Shown here piece after piece: positions 12,936 through 27,875 of a DNA stretch of 64,000 bases (positions are counted from its first letter, which is position 1; each line of letters opens with the position of its first letter). The notes under the pieces are model-generated. The model was given only the letters and a program-made list of their open reading frames with translations. It was not told the origin of the DNA and searched no databases. The DNA lies in the NCBI GenBank assembly GCA_951406725.2, contig OX597819.1, positions 110,980,001 to 111,044,000 on the forward strand. The letters are read 5' to 3'. This DNA comes from Octopus vulgaris. Taxonomy: Eukaryota. A program made the position numbers and the translations under genes.

Positions 12936-13337
12936 TTTGTTCACACCTGTTCAACTGAAAGCTCTGCAACTTCCAAACGAACATTAGCAAGCAAGTGTAA
13001 ATTCAAAATTCAAATAAGTTATCATTACCTTTAAAATAAATAATTATAAAGTGGCCAGTAAGCGTAACCAAATAGGCAAAATATGCAAAATATATATAAA
13101 AAATCAGGGTACAATATATAGGTGTTTGCTAGAAAGAAGAGTTAAAGCTTTCAAAAGCAACGCATTTTTCACTATATGTAAACAGGCACGAAGAATGTGA
13201 CAAATATACTAAAAAATTAGTCGTCCTATTCGTAAAACTACAAATAGGAAAGTAGACACACACACATACATATGCATAAAACTCTATTTCTTAACTCATG
13301 AAAAATATAGTACTCAATACATCATATACTCTATCTA

Positions 13338-13562
13338 CGACGATTCCATCTCAATCGAAGGAGAGGAGCTTCTCCGTCCGGGTTGCGGATCCGCGGAATA
13401 AGCTGCCGGACGAGATTGTGAAGATGCCGACGACCGCTCGGTCCAAAGTCTCTCTTGACCAGAAATGGCCTGAACTCTTTGTATGACCACCCTCCCTGTA
13501 CATAACTCCCTGTCCCCCTACATGGCCTTGCTTTTGCTTTTTGAGCCAATAAAAACTGAATT
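13338..13562 (+). mobile_element. CR1/L2-type LINE 3' end
   Basis: FSVRVADPRNKLPDEIVKMPTTARSKVSLDQKWPELF* matches the CR1 ORF2 end FS.RV...WN.LP..VV...FK..LD..W. Confidence 0.82.
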
Positions 13563-13950
13563 AAAAAAAAATGTAATGCTTGCAAAGGGACGGATTTCGT
13601 TGACTAAAATGCGTACGTATTTTTTTTTATTTGCCAGTTTTCTTCATGTCGGTGAACTGTGATATATCAGCTTTGAGATATAATTCTGGTAGATCGTACA
13701 GCCATCTTGAGCAGTGTTTCTCTGAGTGTCTAACGCCTACTTGCATGTGCTCTAAAAAAATTTTGTCTTGATGGGGTTGTGAGCAACATAGTCTGTTAAT
13801 TTTTATTGTCATCCTATTGGAATTACACCATAGTACAATTAAAATCGCTTCAGTACTAGGGACTGTTCAATTTACTGGCTCAAAAGTGAAAGAGTGAAGC
13901 AAAACGGTTAGAAACAGTTGTCGACTCATTACTATATAGTTACTTCTTAA

Positions 13951-14319
13951 AGCGGCGAACTGGCAGAAACGTTAGCACGTCAGGCAAAATGCTTAGCGAA
14001 ATTTTGTCTGTCTTTACGTTCTGAGTTCAAATTCCGCCGAGGTCAACTTTGCCTTTCATATTTCGGGGTCGATAAATTAAGTACCAGTCATGCACTGGGG
14101 TCGATATAATCGACTTAATCCGTTTGTCTGTCCTTGTTTGTCCTCTCTGTGTTTAGCCCCTTGTGGGTAATAAAGAAATAGGTCTTTCGTCTGCCGCTAC
14201 GTTCTGAGTTCAGATTCCGCCGAGGTCGACTTTGCCTTTTATCCTTTCGGGGTCGATAAATTAAGTACCAGTTACGCACTGGGGTCGATATAATCGACTT
14301 AATCCGTTTGTCTGTCCTT
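13951..14319 (+). mobile_element. SINE family A, tandem dimer
   Basis: GCGGCGAACTGGCAGAAACGTTAGC head, GAGTTCAAATTCC B box, GCCTTTCATCCTTTCGGGGTCGATAAATTAAGTACCAG central domain; body repeated from 14181. Confidence 0.9.
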
Positions 14320-14902
14320 ATATACACATTGCGGTGCCCCCGCATGGCCACAGCTTGTGAGCTGAAACTAAATAAAATTTAAAAAAATACACATATATGG
14401 TGCATTGTGGTTTTAAGCAGAACACTTTGACACCTGACGCGTGGTACAACGTACACCTGTTTAGGCAACGTCAATTTGATGGAGGGAGTATGGCAAATGT
14501 ACGGCACATACATTTGATCAGTATAAACAAATCATTTGTGCAGGTCTTACGGCAAAGAGCACAACACACATACATCGTCTTCGACGAGAGTGTTCATTAT
14601 ACATATATATATATATATACATATTCTGCGTGCGTGTGTATATAGATATATGTATGTGTGTGAGTATGTGTGCGTGTGTGTGCACATTATATATGAACAT
14701 GTGTGTCTGTGTGTGTGTGTGTGTGTGTGCGTGTGTGAGTGTGTCTGTGTGAGTGTATATACATACATATATATCTATACATATATACATAAATATATAT
14801 ATATAATCATATATATATAAAATTATATACATATATTTATAATTATATATCTATCTCTTTCTCTCTCTCTATATATATATATACATATATATATATACAT
14901 AC

Positions 14903-14983
<81 letters not shown>

Positions 14984-15723
14984 TAATTGCGTGTACAGCT
15001 GGGAGAAGCTGCAGCGGTTAATAGTTTTTCTATATATATTTATATATTTTTATTAATGCAGAGCTTGCTTTACAGCCGTAAGGGGGCGCTTCGGTGAGGA
15101 CATTAAAAGTCACTTGGAAAATATATGGACAATAAATAGTATTTATGTACTGACTGGCCCTCACACGGCATGTTGTCCATTTGTAAATAGTCTTTAATAT
15201 ATATATATATATATACGTATATAAATCCCTAAATACACACACGCACACACATACACACAGACAAACACATAATTACACACACACACACACAAGCACACAC
15301 ATGTATGTCTCTGTCCCTTTTATATATGTGCATTCAACTATGTGTGTGAGTATATATATATATATAACTATACATGTGACTATATACATATAGATGTACA
15401 TCTACACACACATATGTGAATATATATATGTATGTATGTATGTATATATATATATATATATATGTGTATATATCTACATCTATACACATATACCCATATC
15501 TACATATACATATTAATTTGTAGCTATTTAAAAAAATATATATGCGTATATGTATATATAAGTATTTGTATATGTGTATGTATATGTATACATGTAAATG
15601 TATATGTCTATATGCATTGAATGTGTGTGTGTGTATTTGAGTAAATACAAGTACATTTATCAGTAGATTGATCAATAAATTTATTCTATAACTTAAGCAG
15701 AATGTGTGTGTGTGTGTGTGTGT

Positions 15724-15763
<40 letters not shown>

Positions 15764-15891
15764 TGTATGATATTGCCGGCTTATTTCAGTCACGTAAAGT
15801 TAACACCATACATTTTTATATTTATTTAATTTAACTTACGTGATTTAAATACTTGTGGATTAAGATATCTATCTATCTCCCTCCTCCTCTC

Positions 15892-15971
<80 letters not shown>

Positions 15972-15999
15972 TACGTAGTCTATATCTAAAAATGGTTTC

Positions 16000-16195
16000 A
16001 ATTTTGGCACAAGGCCAGCAATTATGGGGAAGGGGTAAATCAATTACATCGACCCCAGGTATCAACTTTATTTTATCGACCTCGAAAGCATGAAAAGCAA
16101 AGTCGACCTCGGCGGAATTTGAACTCAGAACGTAAAGACGAACGAAATGCCACTATTTTGCTCCGTGTGCTAACGTTTCTGCCACCTCGCCGCCT
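16000..16195 (-). mobile_element. SINE family A, variant tail
   Basis: Reverse complement of the A head and central domain; tail GGCCTTGTGCCAAAATTGAAA. Confidence 0.8.
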
Positions 16196-16571
16196 TTTGT
16201 CGGTAACTAATATCGCTTTCTCTCCCCAACGAATGATTTGGAGTTAACTTTTGGTCTTCTTATATATATTCATGATTATTTTCTCCTTGCCTTATTATAT
16301 TAATGCTTACTTAGCTATTATTTGTTTTCATGTGGATGAGGCCAGCATGTTAGTTTTTACGCAGTCTCCATCCATATTGATTGGTAAATATTGCTTTCAT
16401 TATTTTATCACAGTTATAATCTCTCTTTTTTAAACAAACATCATGGTAGTCCAACAACAGAGGGAGAAGTTTTACCTTCCCCTTAAAGTAACATAGAGAT
16501 TTCAGTTCCGTAGCCCATCTGTAAGCCTTGCAGTGTGTGCGTGTGTATGTGAGTGTGTGCGTGTGTGTGAG

Positions 16572-16618
<47 letters not shown>

Positions 16619-16684
16619 AGGGAGGAGAACATAGCAAATGAATGAAATAAGCATGAAATGATAAAATCGTATAAATAAAAAAGC

Positions 16685-17432
16685 ATTACTACAGATGTAT
16701 ACGCCCCTGATTTTGTTGCCTCATAACATCCAGAAAAATGGATACTTTTTAACAAAATTTCCTACATGTACTGCTTAGATGTTGTGGCTTTAGTGTATAT
16801 GGGGATTTATGAGAAAGACTTTTCTGACGGGGTGGAGAGAGGAGTTTCGGAAAATTCACACGATCTGACTCTTTTCCTCATAACTTTCAGGAAAATAGAT
16901 ATCATTTAATGAAAATTTATACAAATCCCTTTCAAATGGCATAAATTACGGTTATAAAGGAATTTGAGACAAAACATTTTTCGGGGATTTTCCCCATGTT
17001 TTAAAACTACAGCTTTCGAAATGGTTGGGTTGTGGTGAGGATCTTTGTAGGGAAAAAGTTTTGAAAACTCTTATTTTTTACACCCCTCTCCCTCATCATC
17101 CCACTCTGGACCTATTTTGGCCAATTTTTTTGAATTTCAAAACCATGGGAGGAGCATTTTCAGTAAAAAAACAATTGTTGATATTTTCAAAGGGAAAAGT
17201 GATTAAAGGGCGACTTGGCTGTTGTTTCTAGCACATCCAAAGACAACCCACCTCGTTTCTTTATCACTCTCACATGTATTGATTTTTCAATATTTTCCCC
17301 TATAAATAGATTTATATGCTATAAAAAAAAATTTTTAGAAATTATGAAATATTTGCAACCCCACTCCCTGCCCCCGATTGTTTCTGTTTAGAAATTAAAA
17401 CACTGGTAAGCCTGAGGTCATTACTGGTATTT
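16685..17432 (+). mobile_element. Possible Helentron/DINE-like non-autonomous element
   Basis: AT-rich non-microsatellite block ending in the hairpin CTGGTAA...GGTCATTACTGG followed by TATTT. Confidence 0.35.
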
Positions 17433-17780
17433 ATCCACAGTGATTTGAAAAAAATATTACGGAGATGTACTTGCTTAGCAAGTGACTTGATCTGAGATCA
17501 TGTGCTGAAACAAAAGCAATTGCAGCGTCGAAGATATTTGTAAGCCATTCAAGAACACAAAATACCGCTGGTTTCACTTCAACATTAAAACTTCATTTGT
17601 GTCAAAATATTTTCGTCCCTTTGATCCCTGGTCCCTGACGAAACTTCACAAAAGTGATGCAGCACGAAGTTTTGTCAGTGAACAGCACACCTGCGACCAC
17701 ACAAACGCACAACGCACACTCACATTCATTGCCTTTCATTTGTGTATATTTGTATCTACGAGCATACGTGAGTGTGTATT

Positions 17781-17866
<86 letters not shown>

Positions 17867-18366
17867 ACTGTTGAAGTCGCTCGTGCAACTTGTTTGAGTA
17901 TATATTGGCTTAGTGGTAGAATGTTTGGAAACTGTGAATAAGGTGCAAGTTTCGAGTACTTGCTGGTAACTTGTTTTTTTTTTTCTCCTCGTCTCTTAAT
18001 AGTAAATACCCAACATTCAAGGCTCTTCTCACAGCTATCCCACGTTCAAAAATTATACGGATATTTTTTTTAATTTTCAATCAATAGATAATGTTTTTAC
18101 ATTACGTATACATTAATGGAATAGAAGTGAGAGACTTTGCAAATGAAAATGGAATACACCGCAGTGAATGCAATGAATATTTAAATTTATGAGAAATTGG
18201 AATTCAATAAACTTGAGAAGTCGAAATTATGGGCAATTTCTTTGAACATGAATTTATAAAAATATTTCCAGACGGTCAACCTTTTAATAATTGTTTTATT
18301 TTAGTACTTGTAGTAATTGTGTCATTGCTAATTAATTAGCAGTTTTCTCCATTGTAGTATAGATAA

Positions 18367-18885
18367 GGCGGCGAGGTGGTAGAATCGTTAGCACGCCGGA
18401 CGAAATGCGTAGCCGTATTTCGTCTGCCGTGACGTTCTGAGTTCAAATTCTGCCGAGGTCGACTCTGCCGGGGTCGATAAAATAGGTACCAGCTACGCAC
18501 TGGGGTCAATGTAATCGACTTAATCTGTTTGTCTGTCCTTCTTTGTCCCCTCTATGTTTAGCCCCTTGTAGGTAGTAAAGAAATAGGTATTTCGTCTGCC
18601 GCTATGTTCTGAGTTCAAATTCCGGCGAGGTCGACTTTGCCTTTCATCCTTTCGGGGTCGATTAAATAAGTACCAGTTACGCACTGGGGTTGATATAATC
18701 GACTTAATCCGTTTTTCTGTCCTTGTTTGTCCCTTCTGTGTTTAGCCCCTTGTGGATAGTAAAGAAATAGGTATTTCGTCTGTCGCTACGTTCTGAGTTC
18801 AAATTCCACCGAGGTTGACTTTGCCTTTCATCCTTTCGGAGTCCATAAATTAAGTACCAGTGAAACACTGGGGGTCGATGTAATA
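18367..18885 (+). mobile_element. SINE family A, tandem trimer
   Basis: One head; body units restart at GGTATTTCGTCTG near 18586 and 18770. Confidence 0.9.
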
Positions 18886-19457
18886 TACACACGCAAACAC
18901 ACATATATATGTATGTTAATGTATATTCGTATATATGGAGAACACATTTTCATTTATACATGTTTCTAAAAACTCTTTGTCGGGAAGGCTTTTACGAATT
19001 CAACCACTCCATAAGAAAAGCCCAGGCGCCGAATAAATTCTGCTCTTGAAAATGAGTTTGTGAAGTTCTGAAAACGTCGAATATGCATTTCTAAGATCTA
19101 TTGTTGCCATATCCACTTTGCAATAAATAAATAAATAAATAAATAACCACGAAAAGTCTAAAAGGGAAAAATAAAGCTTGAAACATTTTGTGTAAGATTG
19201 TGAAGGATTTCTCATCGATTCAGTTTCTCCCCAAAATAATAAATTAATAATGAGTAGAGGAATGATAAAAGTCAAAAGTAGAAGGATTAACGGAGAATCT
19301 TGCCTCTCACAATACAGAAATATATTCGCATGGCACCTGCATACAAAATGGAAGCGTGAAGCTAATCGCGTATCTAGTGAAACACACACATACACACACA
19401 TGCACACATACACATCTATACATACATACACACTCATATATATATATATATATATAT

Positions 19458-19635
19458 GATTTTTTTTCTCTCCTTTCTGTGTTTTTTTTCTCTCTGTGTA
19501 TCTTTCTGTTGAAGAGCGTAGGCTCGAAACGTTAAAGACTTGTTTTATTTATATTTCCTGAGCGCCATACTAATACAATTGTTTGTTTGTTTTCCACCTG
19601 CCTTCGTCTTTTGTCTATTTTCATAAAGCTTCCCG

Positions 19636-19637
<2 letters not shown>
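19458..19637 (+). mobile_element. H1 PLE-derived element with HHR at 19501-19538
   Basis: TCTTT-CTGTTGA-A-GAGC GTAG GCTC-GAAACGT-T-AAAGA; (TA)n on both sides. Confidence 0.75.
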
Positions 19638-19687
<50 letters not shown>

Positions 19688-20067
19688 CCTGACATGTCTT
19701 GATTATTAGGTCACCATAAAACAGTGACAGTCCTCCTGTTCCCTCAAAGCTGCCTTGTGGTCCTACATCATCTGTACAGTGTGGACTGCCAGCATTGACC
19801 AAGAGCTCTCAACACTGAATTTTAAAATGACCCAAATGTGCAATCTGGTATCATATGACCCTTACAAAAAATCAGATACAGTGCATATGTGCATATAGAT
19901 ACATAGCGAGGCGATGCATTGTTTCATCAATTTAGGCATTCTATACACACACATACATATATGCATATATATAAATATCTATACATATTGTTTCACATAT
20001 ATATATATATACATATATATATACATGTGTATATATAGACATAGGCATATATATATGTATGTATATA

Positions 20068-20112
<45 letters not shown>

Positions 20113-20929
20113 ATATATTACTCAAAGAAATTCCAACTTTCACGTTTTATTTACAATCTTATAATAATATAATATGATAAAATGAAATGATTAAATATTA
20201 AATGTCCATTCTTATTGAACGCATTAAACTATGCAATCTTCAGGTTCATGTAGTAATAGCAACAGTTATGTCTCGCAATTTATAACTGTGGTGAGATGGC
20301 TAAACGGTGTGCCTTAAATTCATTTGTATAGGCACCAGAATGTTAATTTTTGCAAACTATATTCTGACCAATCGGTGTGTAATTTTACTAAATTACTTAA
20401 GTATATTACTGTTTGGTTTAGGCATCAAGGTTTGCTGAACATTTCAAGAGACCTGTGTTTTGACCCTGGCCAAAGCAGTAAGTTTTGGGCTATTTTCAGA
20501 AATGCTGTAAACATTTCCCAGGGATTTTTACATTTCAATTGTCATCGTCACCATTATCATCTCTTTTATTATTGTTGGTACTCTGCAACATTCTATCACT
20601 CAAAAAACAAATCATTTGTGCAGGTCCTTCAGCAAACACTGAACTGTCATACACCGTCTTCGGGAAAGAGAAAAGAGTCCATGATATATACATATACATA
20701 TACATACATATACATACATGTATATATATATATATATGTGACCACACGTAATTGTTTGTGCTCCGTTTGCCTTCAGGCATTTTTACCACAGCCAGCCCTA
20801 TACTCAACTCGTCCTGTCGAAAGACGCTTGTCCTGACGTCCTGGTTTTGTTATTATTGTTTTTACGTTATTTCGTATTCTTATCCGTGCTATCGTTATTG
20901 TTTTTACGTATTTTTGAATTTTTTTCGAG

Positions 20930-21190
20930 TAACATCGTCCGTTTTTCCGTCACTGTGTTGTATACTTTCGAGGTTTTCTTCCAAAGGAATCTAATGCGAC
21001 TGGCTTAGATTTCCCTTGGCGGGCTGCCCAGATTGGAGCAATCTCAAGATTAATCAGCCGTATTGCGAAGATGATCTGGTTCTTGACTGATGACTGAGAG
21101 CTTCGAAAGTCCCGTCTGTGTTGTTTTTTTGTCGTCTTCAAAATGTTTCACGATCTTGTCCCAGTTTGTGTTTTTTTTTAACGTTTACAT
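20930..21190 (+). mobile_element. Dispersed repeat family H3 (probable PLE 3' end) with HHR-like segments
   Basis: Homologous to 26490-26730 (+) and 55485-55566 (-); contains CTGATGA/CTGAGGA and GAAA motifs; ends in (TA)n. Confidence 0.6.
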
Positions 21191-21197
21191 ATATATA

Positions 21198-21233
<36 letters not shown>

Positions 21234-21894
21234 TGTATGTATGTATATACATACATATAAAGCTTCCCGTCATATATATATATATATACAGAGAGAGAGA
21301 GAGAGAGAGAGAGGTTATGAGAGGTAATGGTGTCATTGAGACCCAATGGTGTCAGGTAATGCTGAATAAGTGCTATAGATAGTTAAGTTCCAGGTTCGGT
21401 GATTATGCGAATAAAGGGTTCAGCGCTGATCATGTCAGCGTGTGTATACAATTTTTTTTTTCGTAATGAGATTAAAAACTAAGGTTGCGTATAATCTCTA
21501 TACTTGGAATGACCAAATTTAAATACTACTGGATTTTACTCATAAGGTATTGGTATCTTATATATATATCATTCTGCCTTAAAAAAATGGATCTACAAAT
21601 ACAATATCCCTACACATCTCACATCTATTTTCTTTCCTCCACCTCACTCTCTGTCTTGTATCTTATCTAAATTAACTATTATTTAACCATCCTCTCACAT
21701 ATACACATACAGCAATATAATATATATATATATATAAATATAAATATATATGTGTGTGTGTGTGTGTACATATGTATGTATATATATATATATCTATATG
21801 TATGTATGTATTTATTGTTGTTTGTATATCACCCCTCTCTCTATATATCTGTCTATCTATGTCGCTAGCTAGCTAGCTAAATATATGTAAATAT

Positions 21895-21957
<63 letters not shown>

Positions 21958-22064
21958 AATATATATATATACATATATATATTAAGTGCTATTAAGTTAG
22001 ACATGGCCTGGGCCAATAATGGCCGAAACCTATCAAAGTATCAAAGTATCAAAGTATATACACG

Positions 22065-22101
<37 letters not shown>

Positions 22102-22719
22102 GTATAATTATCTATATTTGTATATAGATAATGTATAGGTATATGTGTGTCTTTGTGTTTGTATGCGTGTGTGTAGTTTCAATATAGATACAAATGTATG
22201 CAGTTTTGAATTTATTCGAGATATACAGACTAACAGACATATAAATACCAGAATGCACCCCATCGCTCTCTCTCTCTCTCTCTCTCTCTTTGCCGTCCAC
22301 ACACATATATACTCACAAACACAAACACACAAACACACAAACACACACATACACATACACACACCACACGCCCACACATTCGAATCTTTCAATTTGAGAA
22401 CGCGCGCGGGGTGCGTGTATATACGTGCGTATGCGTTGTGTGAGTGTGAATTTCTTTCTGTTACATCGGAAGTGCACACAAGAGTTGCACTTCCCCCTGG
22501 TGAGAGATCTGGCTGCACCGTTTACAAATACATTTACTGCACACATATAGCTGATATGCATGTGCGTGTGTGCGTGAAGGCATTAGTGCCTGTGTGTGTT
22601 TGTGTATGTGAGGTAATTATGTACAAATGTATATAACGCCATACGTGGTATAGAAGTTGATTTAAGGATATATAATAGATTAAGTGTGCGGGTGTATATG
22701 CTATTTATCCGATATTCCG

Positions 22720-22786
<67 letters not shown>

Positions 22787-23245
22787 GTCTATCTATCTGT
22801 CTATCTGTCTATTTATCTATCTTTCTATCTATTTATCTATTTATCTATCTTTCTATCTATCTATATGTATGTGTATATATGTATGTATATATATATATAT
22901 ATGTGTGTGTGTGTATATATATATGTGTGTGTGTGTGTATGTATATATACACAAGGAGAGAGTGGCGTTCACATATAAATGAATACATGTATGTATGCAT
23001 ATATGTACACATATGCATGTATGTATGTATGTATGTATGTATGTATGTATGTATGTATGTGTGTATGTATGTATGTAGGCATGTACAAACGCATGTATGT
23101 ATATATATATATATTCTTATATATTTTATAATTGCTGTGTATGTGAATGCTTCAGTACGGCTTGCTCTGTCTGTATGCATATACACGTACATATGAATAA
23201 TTATACATATATGCATATAAATACGTATTGATACGTATATATAAA

Positions 23246-24043
<798 letters not shown>

Positions 24044-24127
24044 CATATATATATATATACATGCGTGGCGGTGTGGTAAAAAGCTTTATTTAGATGACAC
24101 CTTTTAAGGACCTGCCCTTGATAAACA

Positions 24128-24537
24128 GGCGGCGAACAGGCAGAAACGTTAGCACGCCGGGCGAAATGCTTAGCGGTATTTCGTCTGCCGCTACGTTGTG
24201 AGTTCAAATTCCGCCGAGGTCGACTTTGCTTTTCATCCTTTCGGGGTCGATAAATTAAGTACCAGTTTCACACTGGGTCGATGTAATCGACTTAATACCT
24301 ATGTCTGTCCTTGTTTGTCTACTCTATGTTTAGCCCCTTGTAGGTAATAAAGAAATAGGTATTTTGTCTGGCGCTACGTTCTGAGTTCAAATTCCGCCGA
24401 GGTCGACTTTGCCTTTCATCCTTTCGGGGTCGATTAAATAACTACCACTTACACACTGGGTCGATGTAATCTACTTAATCCCTTTGTCTGTCCTTGCTTG
24501 TCCCCTCTATGTTTGGCCCCTTGTGGTCAATAAGAAA
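24128..24537 (+). mobile_element. SINE family A, tandem dimer
   Basis: Head at 24128; second body from 24358. Confidence 0.9.
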
Positions 24538-24539
24538 GA

Positions 24540-24855
24540 AGAAGCTGTCTTCCCAACCACATGGCTCTGTGTTCAGTCCTTTGGGCACGTTTTCTACTAT
24601 AGCCTCGGACCGACCTAAGCCTTGTGTGAGTGGATTTGGTAGATGGAAACTGAAAGAAGCCCGTTTATATACAGATAGATATATATAAGTTATGTTTTTG
24701 TGTGTCTGTGTTTGTAATCTAGCAGTTCGGTAAAAGAGACCGATGGAATAAGTACTAGGATTACAAATAATAGGTCTTGGAGTTGATTTGTTCGACTAAA
24801 GGCGGTGCTCCAGCATGTCCGCAGTCAAATGACTGAAACAGATAAAAGAATAAAA
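24540..24855 (+). mobile_element. SINE family B
   Basis: CTTCCCAACCACATGG...GGATTTGGTAGATGGAAACTGAAAGAAGCCCG...GGCGGTGCTCCAGCATG. Confidence 0.8.
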
Positions 24856-25093
24856 TATACATGCATTTTAATATGTACGTGAGTAAGTGACAACGTATAA
24901 TGCGTTAATACATCCATGTATCCATTTTAACTGTAGGTCATCAAGCTAGAGAGAGGGAGAGGGAGGGATGGAGAGAGAGGGAGAGGGAGAGGAGGTAATT
25001 TGAAGAAATGTCAATGAATTCTCAAACGCATTTATGTTCACTTGACCACTTGTTGACAAGTAGACGTAGTTTGAGGAAAACACTCAAGCTTGG

Positions 25094-25151
<58 letters not shown>

Positions 25152-25745
25152 GCACACACATATAAAAGAGCGTATGTATATTTATATAATATATGTATTA
25201 ATGTCTGTGAATATTTTCATGTGGCTGTATGGTTAGAAGCTAGAGGCAGGTGTGGCTGCATGGTGAGAAGGTTGCTTCCCAACCACATGGTTCCAGGTTC
25301 AGTCCCACTACGTGACATTTTGAGCAAATGTCTTCTACTATAGCTTCGGGCCGACCAAAGCCTTCTGAGTGGATTTCATTCTTCTGGGGTCGAAAAGGAA
25401 ACTGGACCTGTGAAACCGTTATAGCTTTTAATTGCCTATTTTGTGATATTTGCTTTAGCTTTCAGGACTGGTTTCAAACCCACCGAGGTCTACTCGACCA
25501 GCAACTTCAATTCGTCGCCCTGTTGCATAAAGCAAACGGAAACTTGCATTTCATTAGCACGCAGGTCCACTCTGTGGCAATCATTTGGGGAAGATCATCG
25601 ATTTGGTCGTATCTTCGTTCTTTCCTTCAGTCAGGCACGGAAGGCCTGAAATGGATGTTAGGCACTACCTTGTCTCCTGATTAAGTGATAATATATACAT
25701 ATGTGTGTGTATGTGTGTGTGTATATACATACATACATACATGCA

Positions 25746-25779
<34 letters not shown>

Positions 25780-25788
25780 CATATATAC

Positions 25789-25868
<80 letters not shown>

Positions 25869-25906
25869 ATATTCTTTAATACACGTAAACACACACACAC
25901 ATATAT

Positions 25907-26105
25907 GTGAAGTTGCGTGGCCTAGTGGTTAGACATGTTGCAGTCAAGATTGTAAGGTTGTGGTTTCAATTTCCAGGCCAGCTGTGCGTTGAGCAAAACA
26001 CTTCATTTCACGTTGCTTCCGTATTTGAGGGGCAATCATTCAAAAGCTAAAATAGGATTGTGACCAGCGATGTATAACATCACCCTACAGTCTGGTCAAT
26101 AACGT

Positions 26106-26108
<3 letters not shown>
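25907..26108 (+). mobile_element. SINE (head D, tail E)
   Basis: GCGTGGCCTAGTGGTTAG head; tail TTGTGACCAGCGATGT...CTGGTC...CGTGA. Confidence 0.65.
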
Positions 26109-26161
<53 letters not shown>

Positions 26162-26231
26162 CATATATATATATATGTGTGTGTGTGTGTATGTGTGTGT
26201 GCATAAAGAAGAATGCAGGGGGATTAATATT

Positions 26232-26308
26232 TACGACAGCTTTTTCGGTATGATTTTATTGATCTATTCATAGATTACATCATAGCATAAATCCACCATC
26301 TTCAGGTA
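26232..26308 (-). ncRNA. Type-I HHR with long loop II
   Basis: Minus strand TAC-CTGAAGA-T-GGT GGATTTAT(27 nt)ATAAAATC AT ACC-GAAA-AAGCTG-TC-GTA; stem III is one change from the palindrome ACAGCTGT. Confidence 0.6.
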
Positions 26309-26489
26309 CAATTTTAAGCAAGTATAACCATGCTACGTAAAACCTTGATGATGACTTATCTAACACATAGCATATTAAATAAGTCATTTGTCATTTGTGT
26401 TCTTCTTGTTATATCTACGCCGCAACTGGAGTAGGTAACCCTGAGTTATATGCATTAATATATTTATATTTCATTGTATTTGTGTAACA

Positions 26490-26730
26490 TTGTCCATTTT
26501 TTCTTCCTTGTTTTTGTATACATTCGCTGCTTTCTTCCAAGGAATCTAATGCTCTTAGCTTAGTTTTTCTTTGGAGCTGGCCAGATTGGAGCAATATCAA
26601 GTATAATCAGCCGAAATTGCGAAGATAATCTAGTACTTGACTGAGGAAAAGAAACTTCGAATGACCCGTCCTTGTTTTCTTTGTATTGTCCATCTGGGCT
26701 TTTTGCGTTCTTATCTCATTTTGTATTATA
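26490..26730 (+). mobile_element. Family H3 copy
   Basis: Homology to 20930-21190. Confidence 0.6.
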
Positions 26731-26879
26731 TAAATATATCATAAGTTCAGTTAGAACACTCTTGCACACTCATCCGTTCTAGAAATTGTCATAACATTAT
26801 ACCGCCATCATCTAATTTATATCTATAAAATAATATATTTTTTACATGTACCACTTCCTTTATGTAGAATTGTTTATGT

Positions 26880-27300
26880 TTTTAGTTACAGAGAAGCTTT
26901 TGTTTATAAAATATTTCTCCTTTTCATTCCAGTATTGTGGATTGTTCTTTGAACATTCAGCGAAATAATTATCCTGAACTTGCTGTTTCTACAATTACTA
27001 AATGTTCCCTCGTAAATATTCTTTTTAGTTCTGGCTATTCTTTTTTGTTGCTTGTGTATTCTGATTCGTTCTCATAAAGATTCTCCGATCTAATCGATAT
27101 AATTTTCCTTACAGCTGGGACAGGTTATACAATATATCAAATTTTCTGCTCATGTCTGTATATATGTTGAAAATCTTTTCACTTTTAGATTTCATATCGG
27201 AATTCGTTTCAAAACAGAATCTGTCTGTACAGCATGACCCACATCTCTTTTTCTTTTTTATTTTTTTACCGAAAATTTGGAGACACTAAAATTCTAGGAT
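26880..27300 (-). pseudogene. PLE GIY-YIG endonuclease remnant (Neptune-like)
   Basis: KRCGSC upstream; ENLIYCITCPSCKENYID*IGESL*ERIRIHKQQ (27096-27143 core); EKEKYFINK. Confidence 0.8.
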
Positions 27301-27561
27301 AGTGTTCACCGTTATTATCAATCTTGACACCTAGGTAAAAATGAACGCTAGGAATTTGCCCTTTTACTGTGACTATTTCTACTGGATCAAAAAGAAATGT
27401 GATCCTATCATTCAGGTCTCCATGTGGAGTTATGATTCAGATGAAGGAAACGATGCTATAGAGCTGTAGTTGCCAGATAGCATCAAGAACCTACGATCTC
27501 TATAGCTCTGCACTGTCTGCTTAGGAGTTTCGTATAATATGAACAATCACCTATCATTCGT

Positions 27562-27875
27562 AGAATAAGAAAGGACCTGATGGAATATTCGAGAAATTCG
27601 ATAAAATATTCGAGAAATACGATTTAAATATCACCATAAGCTCAAACCTAATAATACTCTCTATCTTTCTAGACATGAATCTAGATTTAGCCTCTGGGAG
27701 ATAATAATCGCAGAAAAAAACCAACAAAACTTCTAACAAAATCCCGACCATAATTAGGTATCTTGTAGATGGAGAAGGAAGAGATCCCGAAATATTTTCC
27801 ACTGACATAAATATTTTCAATGGGGCTACCCCCTATTATAACGACGTAGTAGCACAAAGTGGCTTTAGCGAGTAA
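27562..27875 (+). pseudogene. PLE RT thumb remnant (same lineage as 52150-52900)
   Basis: RIRKDL...IFEKYDLNITISSNL...FLDMNLDLASGR**...PTIIRYLVDG...IFNGATPYYNDVVAQSGFSE*. Confidence 0.75.

Noticed and set aside
14510-20680. Two-copy repeat (14520-14595, 20605-20675) with CGAAGA on the minus strand as an HHR
   Set aside because: No GAAA or closing stem could be assigned; left as an unclassified repeat
25380-25690. Possible exon after CTTTCAG (FQDWFQTHRGLL...)
   Set aside because: No recognisable homology, no convincing donor or partner exons; unresolved without RNA-seq
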